Positions 42,677-52,900 of a stretch of DNA of 64,000 nt are shown here, piece by piece (position 1 is the first letter of the stretch; each line of letters opens with the position of its first letter). A model generated the notes under the pieces. The model made no database searches. It had not been told where the DNA came from and saw only the letters and a program-made list of their open reading frames with translations. The stretch comes from Thermoplasmatota archaeon (lineage in GTDB: Archaea > Thermoplasmatota > Penumbrarchaeia > Penumbrarchaeales > Penumbrarchaeaceae). Where the stretch lies: contig JARVGK010000009.1 in the NCBI GenBank assembly GCA_029762535.1, positions 1-64,000 on the forward strand, written 5' to 3'. The position numbers were made by a program, and so were the translations under genes.

Positions 42677-44158
42677 TTATTTTTCTCTTTTAATGATCGA
42701 GCGGGCGGCGATCATCCCGGAGGATATGACCAGCGGCATACCCCCGCCCGGATGTGCGGATCCCCCGGCGAAATAGAGATGTTCGTAGCCCCTCGCTCTC
42801 GAACCTTGGCGCAGGAACGCCGCGTTCCTGTCGTTCGAGGACACCCCGTATATGCTGCCCTTGTTCGTTAGATAACGCTTTTGGATCCCGGACGGATCGA
42901 GGGTCCCAACGACCTCGACCTCTTTGGTAAGGTCGCATCCTAGCGCTTTCCCGACCCGCTCGATGACGGAAGAACGCGTCCTTTCCATCTCCGACCTCCA
43001 GTCCTGTCCCGAGTCCCAGGGGGCGTTCACCAACACGAACCAGTTCTCACAGCCCCGCGGAGCGTCCTCCGGGTCGACCTTGGAGGTGATGTTCACATAT
43101 ACCGTGGGATCGGAGGGACAGCGCCTCCTTTCGAATATGTCCTTGAACTCCCTTTCGTAGTCCGGGGAGAAGAATATGTTGTTGACGAGCAGATCGTCGA
43201 ACGCCTTTCGGATCCCGATATAGAAGACGGCCCCGGACACGGAAGGCTCCATTCTCGCATACCTTCTTGCGGTCCTGGAGGATCCATCATCGAGCAGCTT
43301 GTCGTAGGTGTGGACCACGTCTGAATTCGAGAGGACGATGTCGAATCGCTCATGTTTTGAGCCGGTGATGACGCCTCTCGCCCTGCCCCTCTCCACGAGG
43401 ATACTCTCCACCTCCTCACCGAAGCGGAAATTCGCCCCCTTCTCCTCGGAGAGCCTGTGCAGCGCCTTGGGGATCGCGAAGATCCCGCCTTTGACCGCGT
43501 AGCTGCCCAGATCGTATTCGACGTGCTGTATCATGTTGAAGATCCCGGATATGCGGTAGGGATCGGACCCGTTGTAGGTGGCATACCTGTCGAAGAGCTG
43601 CACCAGCCTCTTCTCCTTGAGCCTTGCATCGTTCACCTGATGCATGGTCCTGAACAGGTCCAGCCTCCAGGAGTTCAGGACACCCCATAACGCCTTGAGG
43701 CTGAAGAGGGACCGGCCAAGGTCCTCGAAGAGGAAGAGGTCCCCCGCAAGAGAGTATATCTCCGAGCATCTCCTCAGATATGCGCGGACCCTGTCCCCGG
43801 GCACGTCCAGCTTCTCCTGCACCTCTGCGGAGAACCTTTCCGGGTCGGCGAAAGCGTCGAGAGCGGTCCCGTCCGGGAAGAAGTATCGGGTTATCGGATC
43901 GAGCCTCACGAACTCCAGATGGTCCCCCCTACTCTCTCCGACAGAGTCGAACAGCCTGTCGATGACGAAGGGCATCGTAAGGATGGAGGGCCCGGTATCG
44001 AATCGGTAACCCCCTATTTCCAAATTGCCCGCCTTGCCCCCGGGATGGAGGTTCCTCTCGAACACCGTGACATCATAGCCGTTGTGTGTGAGGACAAGGG
44101 TGGCGGACAGACCGCCCAATCCAGTCCCTATAACTGCGACCCTCTTCAGAGGCCCCAC
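42677..44158 (-). CDS. crtD: CrtI-family desaturase, likely 1-hydroxycarotenoid 3,4-desaturase (CrtD-like)
   Basis: GTGLGG, FDTGPSILTMP, RYATYNGSDPY, GGSAHPGGGMPL; GTG start at 44158 inferred. Confidence 0.7.
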   Translation of the reverse strand: MGPLKRVAVIGTGLGGLSATLVLTHNGYDVTVFERNLHPGGKAGNLEIGGYRFDTGPSILTMPFVIDRLFDSVGESRGDHLEFVRLDPITRYFFPDGTALDAFADPERFSAEVQEKLDVPGDRVRAYLRRCSEIYSLAGDLFLFEDLGRSLFSLKALWGVLNSWRLDLFRTMHQVNDARLKEKRLVQLFDRYATYNGSDPYRISGIFNMIQHVEYDLGSYAVKGGIFAIPKALHRLSEEKGANFRFGEEVESILVERGRARGVITGSKHERFDIVLSNSDVVHTYDKLLDDGSSRTARRYARMEPSVSGAVFYIGIRKAFDDLLVNNIFFSPDYEREFKDIFERRRCPSDPTVYVNITSKVDPEDAPRGCENWFVLVNAPWDSGQDWRSEMERTRSSVIERVGKALGCDLTKEVEVVGTLDPSGIQKRYLTNKGSIYGVSSNDRNAAFLRQGSRARGYEHLYFAGGSAHPGGGMPLVISSGMIAARSIIKREK

Positions 44159-44841
44159 CTGTCCCTGAAGCGGTGATAGACGGCAAGGTATCCTGTGAGC
44201 ATGGCGATATTGTAAATGAAGTCCTCGTAAGGGATCGTTATGAATCGCCCCTGCCATGCTCCGTCATCGCCCCATATCGCCTCGTGCCAGTACCATACGA
44301 TCGGGATCGAGGTCAGGATGTAATTGACCGCTATGAAGAGCCCCATGGTGATGGCGATGAATATCAGGAAGCTGCTCGTGGAGAGCATGTTCTTGGAAAG
44401 AAGCGGAGCCCCTATTAGGACGATCCCAAGCGACACGAACGCCGACATGGTGTAGGCCTGATCCCAGAATACCGCCGCAAGGACGAAGGATAACAGGCCC
44501 AGGAGGATGTAGGGCGCGGGATGGAAGGGGATCCTCTTTGAGGGGATATATGCCACTATGCACTCGTAGGTGAATATGCAGGCGTACGGGACCGTCACGA
44601 AGAACAGCGCCTCCTCCAGGGGGATCGAGAGAATATGTATCCCCAGGATGTAATCCTCGCTGAAGCCCCAGTGCCCCTCCTTGGTCATGATCATATCCCA
44701 CAGCACAAAGGGGATCCCCACCGCTATATAGGCGAAGGGCAGCGCCTTCCACTTCTTGTAGAATGCCACCTTCTTGTCGAAGGAGAGCAGGAACGGGAAG
44801 AGTATTACGAGGAAATTGATCAGAAGGTAGAGATAGTTCAT
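44146..44841 (-). CDS. crtY: membrane lycopene cyclase (fused CrtYc/Yd type)
   Basis: Two cyclase repeats: WD..G.W.F...G...IPLEE..FF and N.ILT..IP.EDF.Y; ATGA-coupled to the photolyase. Confidence 0.85.
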   Translation of the reverse strand: MNYLYLLINFLVILFPFLLSFDKKVAFYKKWKALPFAYIAVGIPFVLWDMIMTKEGHWGFSEDYILGIHILSIPLEEALFFVTVPYACIFTYECIVAYIPSKRIPFHPAPYILLGLLSFVLAAVFWDQAYTMSAFVSLGIVLIGAPLLSKNMLSTSSFLIFIAITMGLFIAVNYILTSIPIVWYWHEAIWGDDGAWQGRFITIPYEDFIYNIAMLTGYLAVYHRFRDRWGL

Positions 44842-46199
44842 TTGTTGCCCCCTGACACCCTTGATATATATGCTTCCATATCGAACTTTCGCCTCAGACC
44901 CTTGTCGTTCATGTATCGGACCTTGCCGAAGATCGGCCTTTCGGACCATGGGTGATCGTGCTTCCCGAAGCACCAGGCGACCCCGGTGTAGCCGTTGGGA
45001 TCCCTTCCGTCGAGGAAATATCTGTTGTTGAGGATGAGCGCCGTTCGGTGCGCCTCCTGCGGGGTGGGGGTCCATTCGAGTATCTTCTTGGCCCAGTACA
45101 TCCTCATGTATCCGTGCATCTTCCCTGTCCGGACCATCTCCGTCTGGGCGGCGTTCCAGTAGGGATCGTGGGTGTTGGCCCTTTCCAGTTCGCAGATGGA
45201 GTAGAGGTATTCCCTCATGTCAACAGCGTGTTCCTCGAGCGAATCTTTTGCCCATTGCGGGATGGAAGAGTAGCTGTCGTATCCGTCGTTGTAATGGGCG
45301 AAGTTGAGGGAGAGTTCCCGGCGAACTATCAACTGCTCCAGGAACCGCTCCGAACCCTCTCCGCCGCGGTCCATCGCCCTCAGTGCGATGTAAAGAGGGG
45401 AGATCTGGCCGAAGTGGAGGTAGGGGCCAAGGCCCGACTGAACGTCAAGGGCGGGATCGTTCGAGAGATCCCCGTATCGGTCGATATTGAGATCCAGGAA
45501 CCGCTCAAGCCTCTTCATGGCCTCCTGCGTTCCGCCCCTGATACCCTCCACCGGGGCGACCGAATCATCGGCGCCCTTCAGGAGTTCGGGGTCCGACGGG
45601 TCCAAAGTATCAGCATTAATCCGTTTTAATTTGTTCTTCAACCTCCTCTCTTCGAGGGGGATCAGGTATTCGTAGAGCTTTTTATGAATACGTGGGCGGA
45701 TCGTGTAGGCTGCGTGCTGTTCGGAGTCGGAGGCCGCCTCCACAGGGACGACGGCGTCGGATTCGACCTGGACCACCTTCAGTTCGGCCTTGCGCGCAAG
45801 GGATCGCCTCCATTCCCTCTGCATCCTGAGATAGCCCATGTCGCATACGATCATGGAGGCGTCGCTCGAGAGCTCGAGGGCGACATCCGGGGGGGATCCT
45901 CTCCGGATGATGAGGGGGATCCCCCGCTTTTTAAGAGAGGACCTGACCGCTTCAAGGCCTTCGACCATGAATTTGAGATGTCTCAGATTCGCCTCGGGGA
46001 AATCCACCATCAGCCCGAAGCAGACGACCAGGGGCAGGTTCGAACGGTTCGCCTCGATCGCGGAATATTCCAGGGCATGGTTCCAGTGCGCTCTCTGCGA
46101 GGCCTGCATCCAGTAGAGGACATGATCGCCCTCTCTTTCGGGACGATCGTTGAGAGCCCTTATCCTGCCTTCGGGTATCATGTCATTTTTCTTCATCAT
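44838..46199 (-). CDS. phrB: class II CPD photolyase
   Basis: VLYWMQASQR..N.ALEY, S.L.PYLHFGQIS, THDPYWNAAQ..GKMHGYMRMYWAKKILEW. Confidence 0.93.
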   Translation of the reverse strand: MMKKNDMIPEGRIRALNDRPEREGDHVLYWMQASQRAHWNHALEYSAIEANRSNLPLVVCFGLMVDFPEANLRHLKFMVEGLEAVRSSLKKRGIPLIIRRGSPPDVALELSSDASMIVCDMGYLRMQREWRRSLARKAELKVVQVESDAVVPVEAASDSEQHAAYTIRPRIHKKLYEYLIPLEERRLKNKLKRINADTLDPSDPELLKGADDSVAPVEGIRGGTQEAMKRLERFLDLNIDRYGDLSNDPALDVQSGLGPYLHFGQISPLYIALRAMDRGGEGSERFLEQLIVRRELSLNFAHYNDGYDSYSSIPQWAKDSLEEHAVDMREYLYSICELERANTHDPYWNAAQTEMVRTGKMHGYMRMYWAKKILEWTPTPQEAHRTALILNNRYFLDGRDPNGYTGVAWCFGKHDHPWSERPIFGKVRYMNDKGLRRKFDMEAYISRVSGGNK

Positions 46200-46287
46200 C
46201 CGATGGGAGGGACCCCTCTGCTTGGTAATAATACTTGTCCGGGACCCTCTTCCGGAACAGTTATCTTCATGCGGGAGGATTTCGGGG

Positions 46288-47043
46288 ATGATGAGCTTCA
46301 AGCTGAGGCATCCCAGGGAGCGATCCGATCTGTTCATCGCCGTCATTGCTGCGGGGGTGATGTTCCTCATGCTCAGCGCTCTGACATGGGGCGTATGCTG
46401 TCTATGGGGCGGCATCGGGCTTCTTTTCGTCGCGTTCATGGTCGCTGTCGAGAACTCCCATCTCAGGAACACCGCCAGGCCCTTGGAGGAGGATCCCGTT
46501 CTCGATCGGATGCTGAAGGAGGCGTCCGGGAAGCTGGGGATCGATCCCCCGAAAGCCTACATATCAGGATCGAAAGAGGTGAACGCCTATACCCGGGGTG
46601 TGATCTCGCCCGTGCTCGTTCTGAACCGGGGCTTGATAGACACCATGGACGAGGGCGAGATATCGTTCGTGATGGGACATGAGCTTGGGCATATAAAGCT
46701 GCGGCATTTCGCCATAAGGACGATCCTTGATGCCCGGGTCAGGGTCCCGATCCTGGTCTATCTTCCGCTTCTGCTGTTCCGAATGCTCTTCCTTCGCGGA
46801 AGGCTCTCGAGATCGATGGAGTACTCCGCCGACAGGGCGGGGTTAGCTGCCTGCGGCAGCCTCGAGAAGGCGATATCGACGATGATCAAGCTCGGGACCG
46901 GGAGATCCGTGACCCCGGACCAGGTCCGGGGTGCGATCGACGGTAGCTTTCGGATCGACGGGGAGAAGGGGATCGTGGGAAGGCTCCTGTCGTCGCATCC
47001 CGATCTCGACGATAGGGTGCGGGAGCTGGTGAGATCCCCTTAG
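46288..47043 (+). CDS. M48 family (HtpX-like) membrane zinc metalloprotease
   Basis: VNAY, HELGH, SRSMEYSADR, SHPDLDDR. Confidence 0.9.
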   Translation: MMSFKLRHPRERSDLFIAVIAAGVMFLMLSALTWGVCCLWGGIGLLFVAFMVAVENSHLRNTARPLEEDPVLDRMLKEASGKLGIDPPKAYISGSKEVNAYTRGVISPVLVLNRGLIDTMDEGEISFVMGHELGHIKLRHFAIRTILDARVRVPILVYLPLLLFRMLFLRGRLSRSMEYSADRAGLAACGSLEKAISTMIKLGTGRSVTPDQVRGAIDGSFRIDGEKGIVGRLLSSHPDLDDRVRELVRSP

Positions 47044-47074
47044 GAGGGGGATCCCCACGTCGGATCCGAATGAG
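46992..47074. repeat. 83-bp repeat (3' end of M48 gene plus junction motif), copy 1; copy 2 at 54358-54440
   Basis: 79/83 identity by manual alignment. Confidence 0.9.
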
Positions 47075-47923
47075 TCACAATCCGTCCATGAATTCTTTCA
47101 TCGTGATATATACTTGGGCAATGGCCCTTTCCCTAGCGATCGTATCGAAAGGTTCGATGAAGTTCCCCACCCAATTCGTACCTGCCGCTCTCATGGACCC
47201 GAACCTCTTCCGGATCATATCGACGCTGTCCCTCACCATGGGATCCGTCAAATGTCCTCTTACAAGCCCTGCCACAGCTTTTGGACTATCCATGCAATCC
47301 GCTACCACCGTATAGATGTCGTAAGCATCCTTTTCCTTGTATCGCTCTCCAAGCAGACGGCCCTTCATCCCAAGGCAGCCGGTGATATCCAGCATCCTGA
47401 TCTCCGTCTCTATCTCACCATCGCCGGGAAGGATTCCCTCGATGTTCTTGAAATAATTATACTTGAAGGCAAGGGCACATTCCGGTATCATCCTGGCCCG
47501 CAGGTCCCTGTCGACGACCCTCGTTCTATGCCCTTCTCTGTCGGGATCCATGGTGGTCAGAAAATCGACCTGTATCTCGTATTCTTTTTCTCCTGAGGTA
47601 AGATCTCTGATGAAGCTCGACGGGATCGGTTCTCCGGTCCTGCCCCTCTTCATCCTGTATCCCCTCGACTCGATGATGTCCACGATGTTATGATACAGGT
47701 CTGGATCGCTGCCCGGTTCCACTGCCAGGTCGATGTCGATGGATCCGACATGTTTTATGGTACCCCTGCCATGGTCCTCTAAAAGGAAGTATGGGGCCCA
47801 GCCACCAACGAGAACGATCCTGTCCCTGAAGGAACGCAAGGAGAGAGATAGTTCGACCAGAGCGGACATCGACGCGTTAACCAATTCCAATTCATAATGC
47901 GAAGATGTCCTCATCATGTTCAA
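47075..47923 (-). CDS. AbiEii-like nucleotidyltransferase (type IV TA toxin)
   Basis: VLVGGWAP, GSIDIDL, VDFLT, KEKDAYDIY; coupled to an AbiEi-like gene. Confidence 0.75.
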   Translation of the reverse strand: MNMMRTSSHYELELVNASMSALVELSLSLRSFRDRIVLVGGWAPYFLLEDHGRGTIKHVGSIDIDLAVEPGSDPDLYHNIVDIIESRGYRMKRGRTGEPIPSSFIRDLTSGEKEYEIQVDFLTTMDPDREGHRTRVVDRDLRARMIPECALAFKYNYFKNIEGILPGDGEIETEIRMLDITGCLGMKGRLLGERYKEKDAYDIYTVVADCMDSPKAVAGLVRGHLTDPMVRDSVDMIRKRFGSMRAAGTNWVGNFIEPFDTIARERAIAQVYITMKEFMDGL

Positions 47924-48933
47924 TACCTCAGGAATCTTTCCCTGACCGCTTTCGATTGTTCCCGGCCTCTCATCGGGTACTGGTATAGGTCCATATATAA
48001 TTGGACGTATGAGACGACCGATATCCCTTCGATCGATACTGTGTCGTAAAGTGCTCCCTCATCATAAGGTATGATCAGATTCACGTTTCCCCCGAATTCC
48101 ACTTTTTGCATCTCCAGTACCTTTATGAGTTTTTCAGGATAGTAGGTGTATATATTGAAATCGCTCGATCTGACCATGGGAGCCACAAGGGCCGCAGCGC
48201 ATCCCAATGTCAAGGCGTAATCCGTTTCCGGGATCCCCTTTAACCTATCGTAGATATCCTGAACATCTGTGATCGGGCAGAAGTAACCGATCACATTCTC
48301 ACTTTCGATCCTGTAGATACTCGACCATGCATCGAGGAGTTCGGCCGGTCTGACAAGACGTATGGACGATCTGCTCGCCTCTACGTATCCTTCCTCGGCA
48401 AGTCGCCCGATCTCGTTCGAAGCCAACCCCAAGCTCACGTTCGCCTCTTTTGAAATATCCTCCAATCTCCAGGTCCTATCAGGGTCCGATAGCAGTTTCC
48501 TTACGATCCTGGATGCCTTCCTTGAGAAGATGTTCTTCAGAGTCCTTCTCCGTATTCTCCGGCAACTATCCGTCCTCTTATCTATAATAACGTTCTCGAA
48601 TGAAATGAAAGCGTTCCCGTACATGTCCATATAGCCGAATCCCGCTTCCTTGATCATTTTGGATGCCATCTCGCTGATCATTGGGGCGACGATCACGGCA
48701 TGGTCGTAGTTATCCGTTCCGGTGTTCGTGAGGTCGAAGAGCATTGATTTTATTCTTTGAAGTTGTGATGTCTTAATGATCTTCAACAGTATCCTTTTTT
48801 CAAGGTCCGCTATCTTCAGTACCAACTCAGCGTCGGCACTCCTGCCGCCGATGAGGGCGAATGATGCGATCCGGATGTTGGATATCCCTTTGAATAGATC
48901 GTCCAACCGCTTAATGACATCTTCGTTTCTCAT
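47920..48933 (-). CDS. AbiEi-family antitoxin / transcriptional regulator
   Basis: wHTH (W..EDISKEANVSLGLAS), P.ELLDAW, YALT..AA..AP, VS.VQLYMDL...RGREQ. Confidence 0.8.
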   Translation of the reverse strand: MRNEDVIKRLDDLFKGISNIRIASFALIGGRSADAELVLKIADLEKRILLKIIKTSQLQRIKSMLFDLTNTGTDNYDHAVIVAPMISEMASKMIKEAGFGYMDMYGNAFISFENVIIDKRTDSCRRIRRRTLKNIFSRKASRIVRKLLSDPDRTWRLEDISKEANVSLGLASNEIGRLAEEGYVEASRSSIRLVRPAELLDAWSSIYRIESENVIGYFCPITDVQDIYDRLKGIPETDYALTLGCAAALVAPMVRSSDFNIYTYYPEKLIKVLEMQKVEFGGNVNLIIPYDEGALYDTVSIEGISVVSYVQLYMDLYQYPMRGREQSKAVRERFLRY

Positions 48934-48935
48934 TT

Positions 48936-48953
48936 TTTCAACAGTTGTTGAAA
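48936..48953. promoter_or_regulatory. palindrome TTTCAACA-GT-TGTTGAAA (identical copies at 49051-49068 and 54482-54499)
   Basis: Perfect 8-bp arms; first copy lies 2 bp upstream of the AbiEi ATG. Confidence 0.75.
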
Positions 48954-49168
48954 TTGCTTCCTATTATTAAAACTATCCATATCAAGTGGATATACCGGGT
49001 CCGAATGAGATCCCGGGACAATGGTAATGATCCCTTCGGGATCCGTGTTATTTCAACAGTTGTTGAAAATGGCCAATTCAAATATGGCCATCCAAGATAC
49101 TGATGGATTTCTTCTTGGTCCGCCGGGAATGAAGGTACGTTCAAACAATGCTTCGAATATCTTTTAAT

Positions 49169-49182
49169 ATGTGTAAACACAT
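49169..49182. promoter_or_regulatory. palindrome ATGTGT-AA-ACACAT, putative VapB operator
   Basis: Lies between a TTTTAATA TATA-like box and the antitoxin ATG. Confidence 0.5.
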
Positions 49183-49200
49183 GTAATACTAGGTAATGAC

Positions 49201-49428
49201 ATGGCCAATATGACGATCACCATTCCGAAGGAAATGAAGAACGACCTTGACCTTTTTCCCGAGATCAACTGGTCCGAGGTCGCCAGACAGGCATTCAGGG
49301 AAAAGATCGAGGATCTGAAATTCCTGTTGGAATACAAGAAGAACAGCAGGATGACCGAAGAGGATGCCTTGAGGCTTGGCAAAGAGGTCAACAGATCGCT
49401 TCATAAGCGTTATTCGGAGATGCGGTGA
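49201..49428 (+). CDS. ribbon-helix-helix antitoxin (VapB-like)
   Basis: MANMTITIP..INWSEVARQA pattern; overlaps the PIN gene. Confidence 0.8.
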   Translation: MANMTITIPKEMKNDLDLFPEINWSEVARQAFREKIEDLKFLLEYKKNSRMTEEDALRLGKEVNRSLHKRYSEMR

Positions 49429-49859
49429 TGGACCTTGTATTGGATGCGAATGTCCTGTTCGCGGCCCTGATAAAGGATAATGTCACCGCCGAACTCATGT
49501 TCAAGGATACGATCCATCTATTCGCACCTGAATATCTCCTCGATGAATTTGCCGAGCATAAGGAGGAGATCATCGATAAAACAGATAGGAAAAGAGAGGA
49601 TTTCGACAGGTTCATCGAGATCCTTAAAAAAAGAATAACCTTTCACCCATACGATGATTTCAGTAAATGCCTGGACACGGCATTGAGGATCACTCCGGAT
49701 CCCGATGATGCCGAATATATCGCCCTGGCATTGAGCATCAAAGCGGATATCTGGTCGAATGACAGATCTCTTAAAATTATCAAGGAACTTAAAGTCTATT
49801 CCACTCGGGATATCATCAACATCTTACATGAGTTCGATAAGGGGGGAAATGATCATTGA
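49425..49859 (+). CDS. PIN domain toxin (VapC-like)
   Basis: VLDANVLFAAL, E, DPDDAEYIALAL, IWSND. Confidence 0.88.
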   Translation: MMDLVLDANVLFAALIKDNVTAELMFKDTIHLFAPEYLLDEFAEHKEEIIDKTDRKREDFDRFIEILKKRITFHPYDDFSKCLDTALRITPDPDDAEYIALALSIKADIWSNDRSLKIIKELKVYSTRDIINILHEFDKGGNDH

Positions 49860-49915
49860 CCCGTTCATCACAAGGGACGGCAACGTTTTTATGAGGGCTC
49901 TACATTGATTTCGTT

Positions 49916-52900
49916 ATGGGACAGGCGAGGTCATTGCATGTGGGGATCGTTCTCCTACTTGTCATGAACATGCCTGTATTCGGATCGGGGGATCCCGATC
50001 CCGAAATCACCCGGGAGATCCCCCTACCGATCCCTGGAGACATCTCATCCGCTTTACACTCTTTAGCATCGGATCCCTTCATCGAGAACGGGGGCCAATG
50101 GGATCCCGAGATACTCTTTGTTACATCGACCGATGTGGGTAAAGTTGCTCTATGCAGAGGGGGGATCATCCAACGTGTCATGATTCAAGAGAGGTCTCGA
50201 CCCTCTCCCCAGCTCGACCGACCTCGAAGCACTGTGGCAGATTCGTGCGATATTGGGATCATGTTCGAGGGAGGATCCCCTTCCTTTGTAGTGGGGGAGG
50301 GCCGTGTAGATACCATTTACAATTATTATCTGGGCAATGACTCGTCAAGGTGGGCTACGGATTTGAATGGATACCGAAGCGTCCTCTATGCTGAGGTTTG
50401 GCCTGGTATTGACATTGTCTATCATCAAAGGGGAGGTCGGCTCAAGTATGACATAATTCTCTCCCCCGGAGCTGATCCCGACGAGGTAAAGTTGAAAATC
50501 GATGGAGCGAGATCGGTCCATATCTCAGAAGGATCATTGGTCATCTCTACACCGATTGGGGTGGACCTGATCGATTCGGAACCGATCGCAAATTACGATT
50601 CCGGAGAAAGCGTGGGGGTGGCTCTATCCCTCGATGAGAACGTTTACAGTTTCAATCTCGCTCCCTACGATTATTCCCGATCCGTCGTGATCGATCCGGA
50701 ATATAACGTGAATGCACTGAACTTCTCAACATATATTGGAGGGCGACAAGATGATCAACCTACGAGGATGGATACGGATCGATCAGGGGACATATACATC
50801 GTAGGTGATACTGGTTCTCAAGATTTTCCGCTCAAATATGCTTATCAAAATAGTCTCTTTGGAATTGATGCTTTTATTTTAAAATTGGATAAAGATGGAC
50901 CGGGAATCAAGTATTCCACCTTTATCGGCGGTTCGAGTTACGATATTGCAACCGATATAAAAATAGATTCAAGCGGATGCGCGTTCATCACAGGGAAGAC
51001 GGGTTCTAAAGATTTCCCGGTAACAGCTGGGGCTTACGATAATACTCTTGATTATTATGATCTATTCATCTTGAAATTGAACAATATCGGAAACGGACTA
51101 TTATATTCGACTTACCTGGGTGGATCAGGGGTTGAAGGCTATGGTGCGCGTCCGATCCTTTATTTGGATGAAGGAGATAGGATTTACATTGCATCAAATA
51201 CGAATTCTGACAATTTTCCCGTAACATCCGATGCCTTTCAAGCATCCTTGTCAAGTCCGTTGCAACATGATATGATAATCGTGAAGATGGATCTGTCATC
51301 TATGACCTTGCTCTATTCCACCTATCTTGGGGGAACGGACATGGATTATCCATCTTCCATTGTCGTTGCCAACGGTTACGCGTATATCGGGGGAACGACC
51401 TATTCAAATGATTTCAATGTAACGAGCGGCGCTTATCTGACGAGCAACAGCGGAGGTTCGACGGGTTTCATCCTGAAGTTCGATATGAAGCAGAGATCGC
51501 TCGTTTACTGCACTTATTTTGGGGGATCCGGCGATGATAAATTGAACGACATTGCAGTCGATGTCCAAGGCAATGTGTATGCATGCGGTAACACCGGATC
51601 GATCGATTTACCGGTCCCTTTTACTGCGCTCGGCACCACACTGAATGGGACCAGCGACGGTTTTGTGATGTGCTTGGATCCCAAAGGTAGTGCCCTTTTG
51701 TTCTCCTCTTTCATCGGAGGTAGCGGGGAAGAAGTGTTGAACGCTCTTTTCGTGGACCCCGATTCAAATATCCATCTGATAGGCTATGAGAAGGATCCGG
51801 ATGAAGACGGATTCGATTTCCCCACGATGGCAGGTGTGGTCCAGGAACAGGCAAGAGGGGGCGAAGAAGAGGTTGTTTATGTCAAGCTTGACAGCAATGC
51901 GAGCCATTATCTTTATTCCACGTTCCTCGGTGGAAATGGCGATGATAAGGGATTGGACATATTCGTTGATCCCTCAAGCGGAGAACCTGTCATACTTGGA
52001 TATACTTCATCAAGCAACTTCCCCGTCAAACCAGGGTCATTCGATACATCTTACACTTTTTATGAAATCTTTGTAACGAAGTTCGTCCTGACCTTTCCTC
52101 CGTCCAAGCCCCGGAATTTGGAGTCCAGGTCGGGGGATTCATTTGTCGAACTGAGATGGGATCCCCCTTCCGACGACGGAGGGGCACCGATCATAAAATA
52201 TTCAGTGTGGAGGGGATCACAGGGCGGGAACCTTAGCATGAGATTGGATAATGTCACGTGTCTCACCTATAACGACACGAGTGTGGAGAACGGGCATGTC
52301 TATTATTACGGCGTGAGGGCTCTGAACCGAGCGTGGGAGGGTCCGTTTTCGGACGAGGTTTCATCCTATCCCGTGTCGATTCCGACATCTCCCCGCAACC
52401 TCAGGGTCACTTCTTGGGGAGACGAGGTCCTTGAACTATCATGGATGTATCCGAATTATACCGGAGGGGAGGGCATCCCCATCCGTGGTTACAATCTCTA
52501 CAGGATCGCCGCAGGCGAGCCCGAGCCACTGAAGATATCGATCGATGGTTCATTGCTGCACTATTCCGATGAGAATGTAATGAACGGTGTGAACTACAGT
52601 TACCGTGCTACCGCCTTTAACGATCACGGTGAATCCCCTCCGAGCGATCCCGTGCATGCCGTTCCCATGACGATCCCGACGGGCGTGACTGATCCGTATG
52701 TCTTGTGCGGTAGTCGATTCGCACACCTGTTCTGGGGTCCGCCCGATGACGACGGTGGGAGCCCGATACTGGATTACATGATCTTGAGGGAAGAGGGGCT
52801 CGATAAGAAGCTCATAACGCTGGATGGTAACCATACGGAATACAACGATACGTCCCTCGTCAACGGAAAGAGCTACAACTACACCATCAAGGCTCGGAAC

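Noticed and set aside
39688-46199. Bacterioruberin or retinal/rhodopsin pathway
   Set aside because: No lycopene elongase (UbiA-like LyeJ), Brp/Blh dioxygenase or opsin gene in the window
45684-46682. 332-aa plus-strand ORF and many other long antisense ORFs (e.g. 7828-8418, 18469-19257, 31555-32304)
   Set aside because: Shadow frames of well-supported genes in GC-rich DNA, with no recognisable motifs
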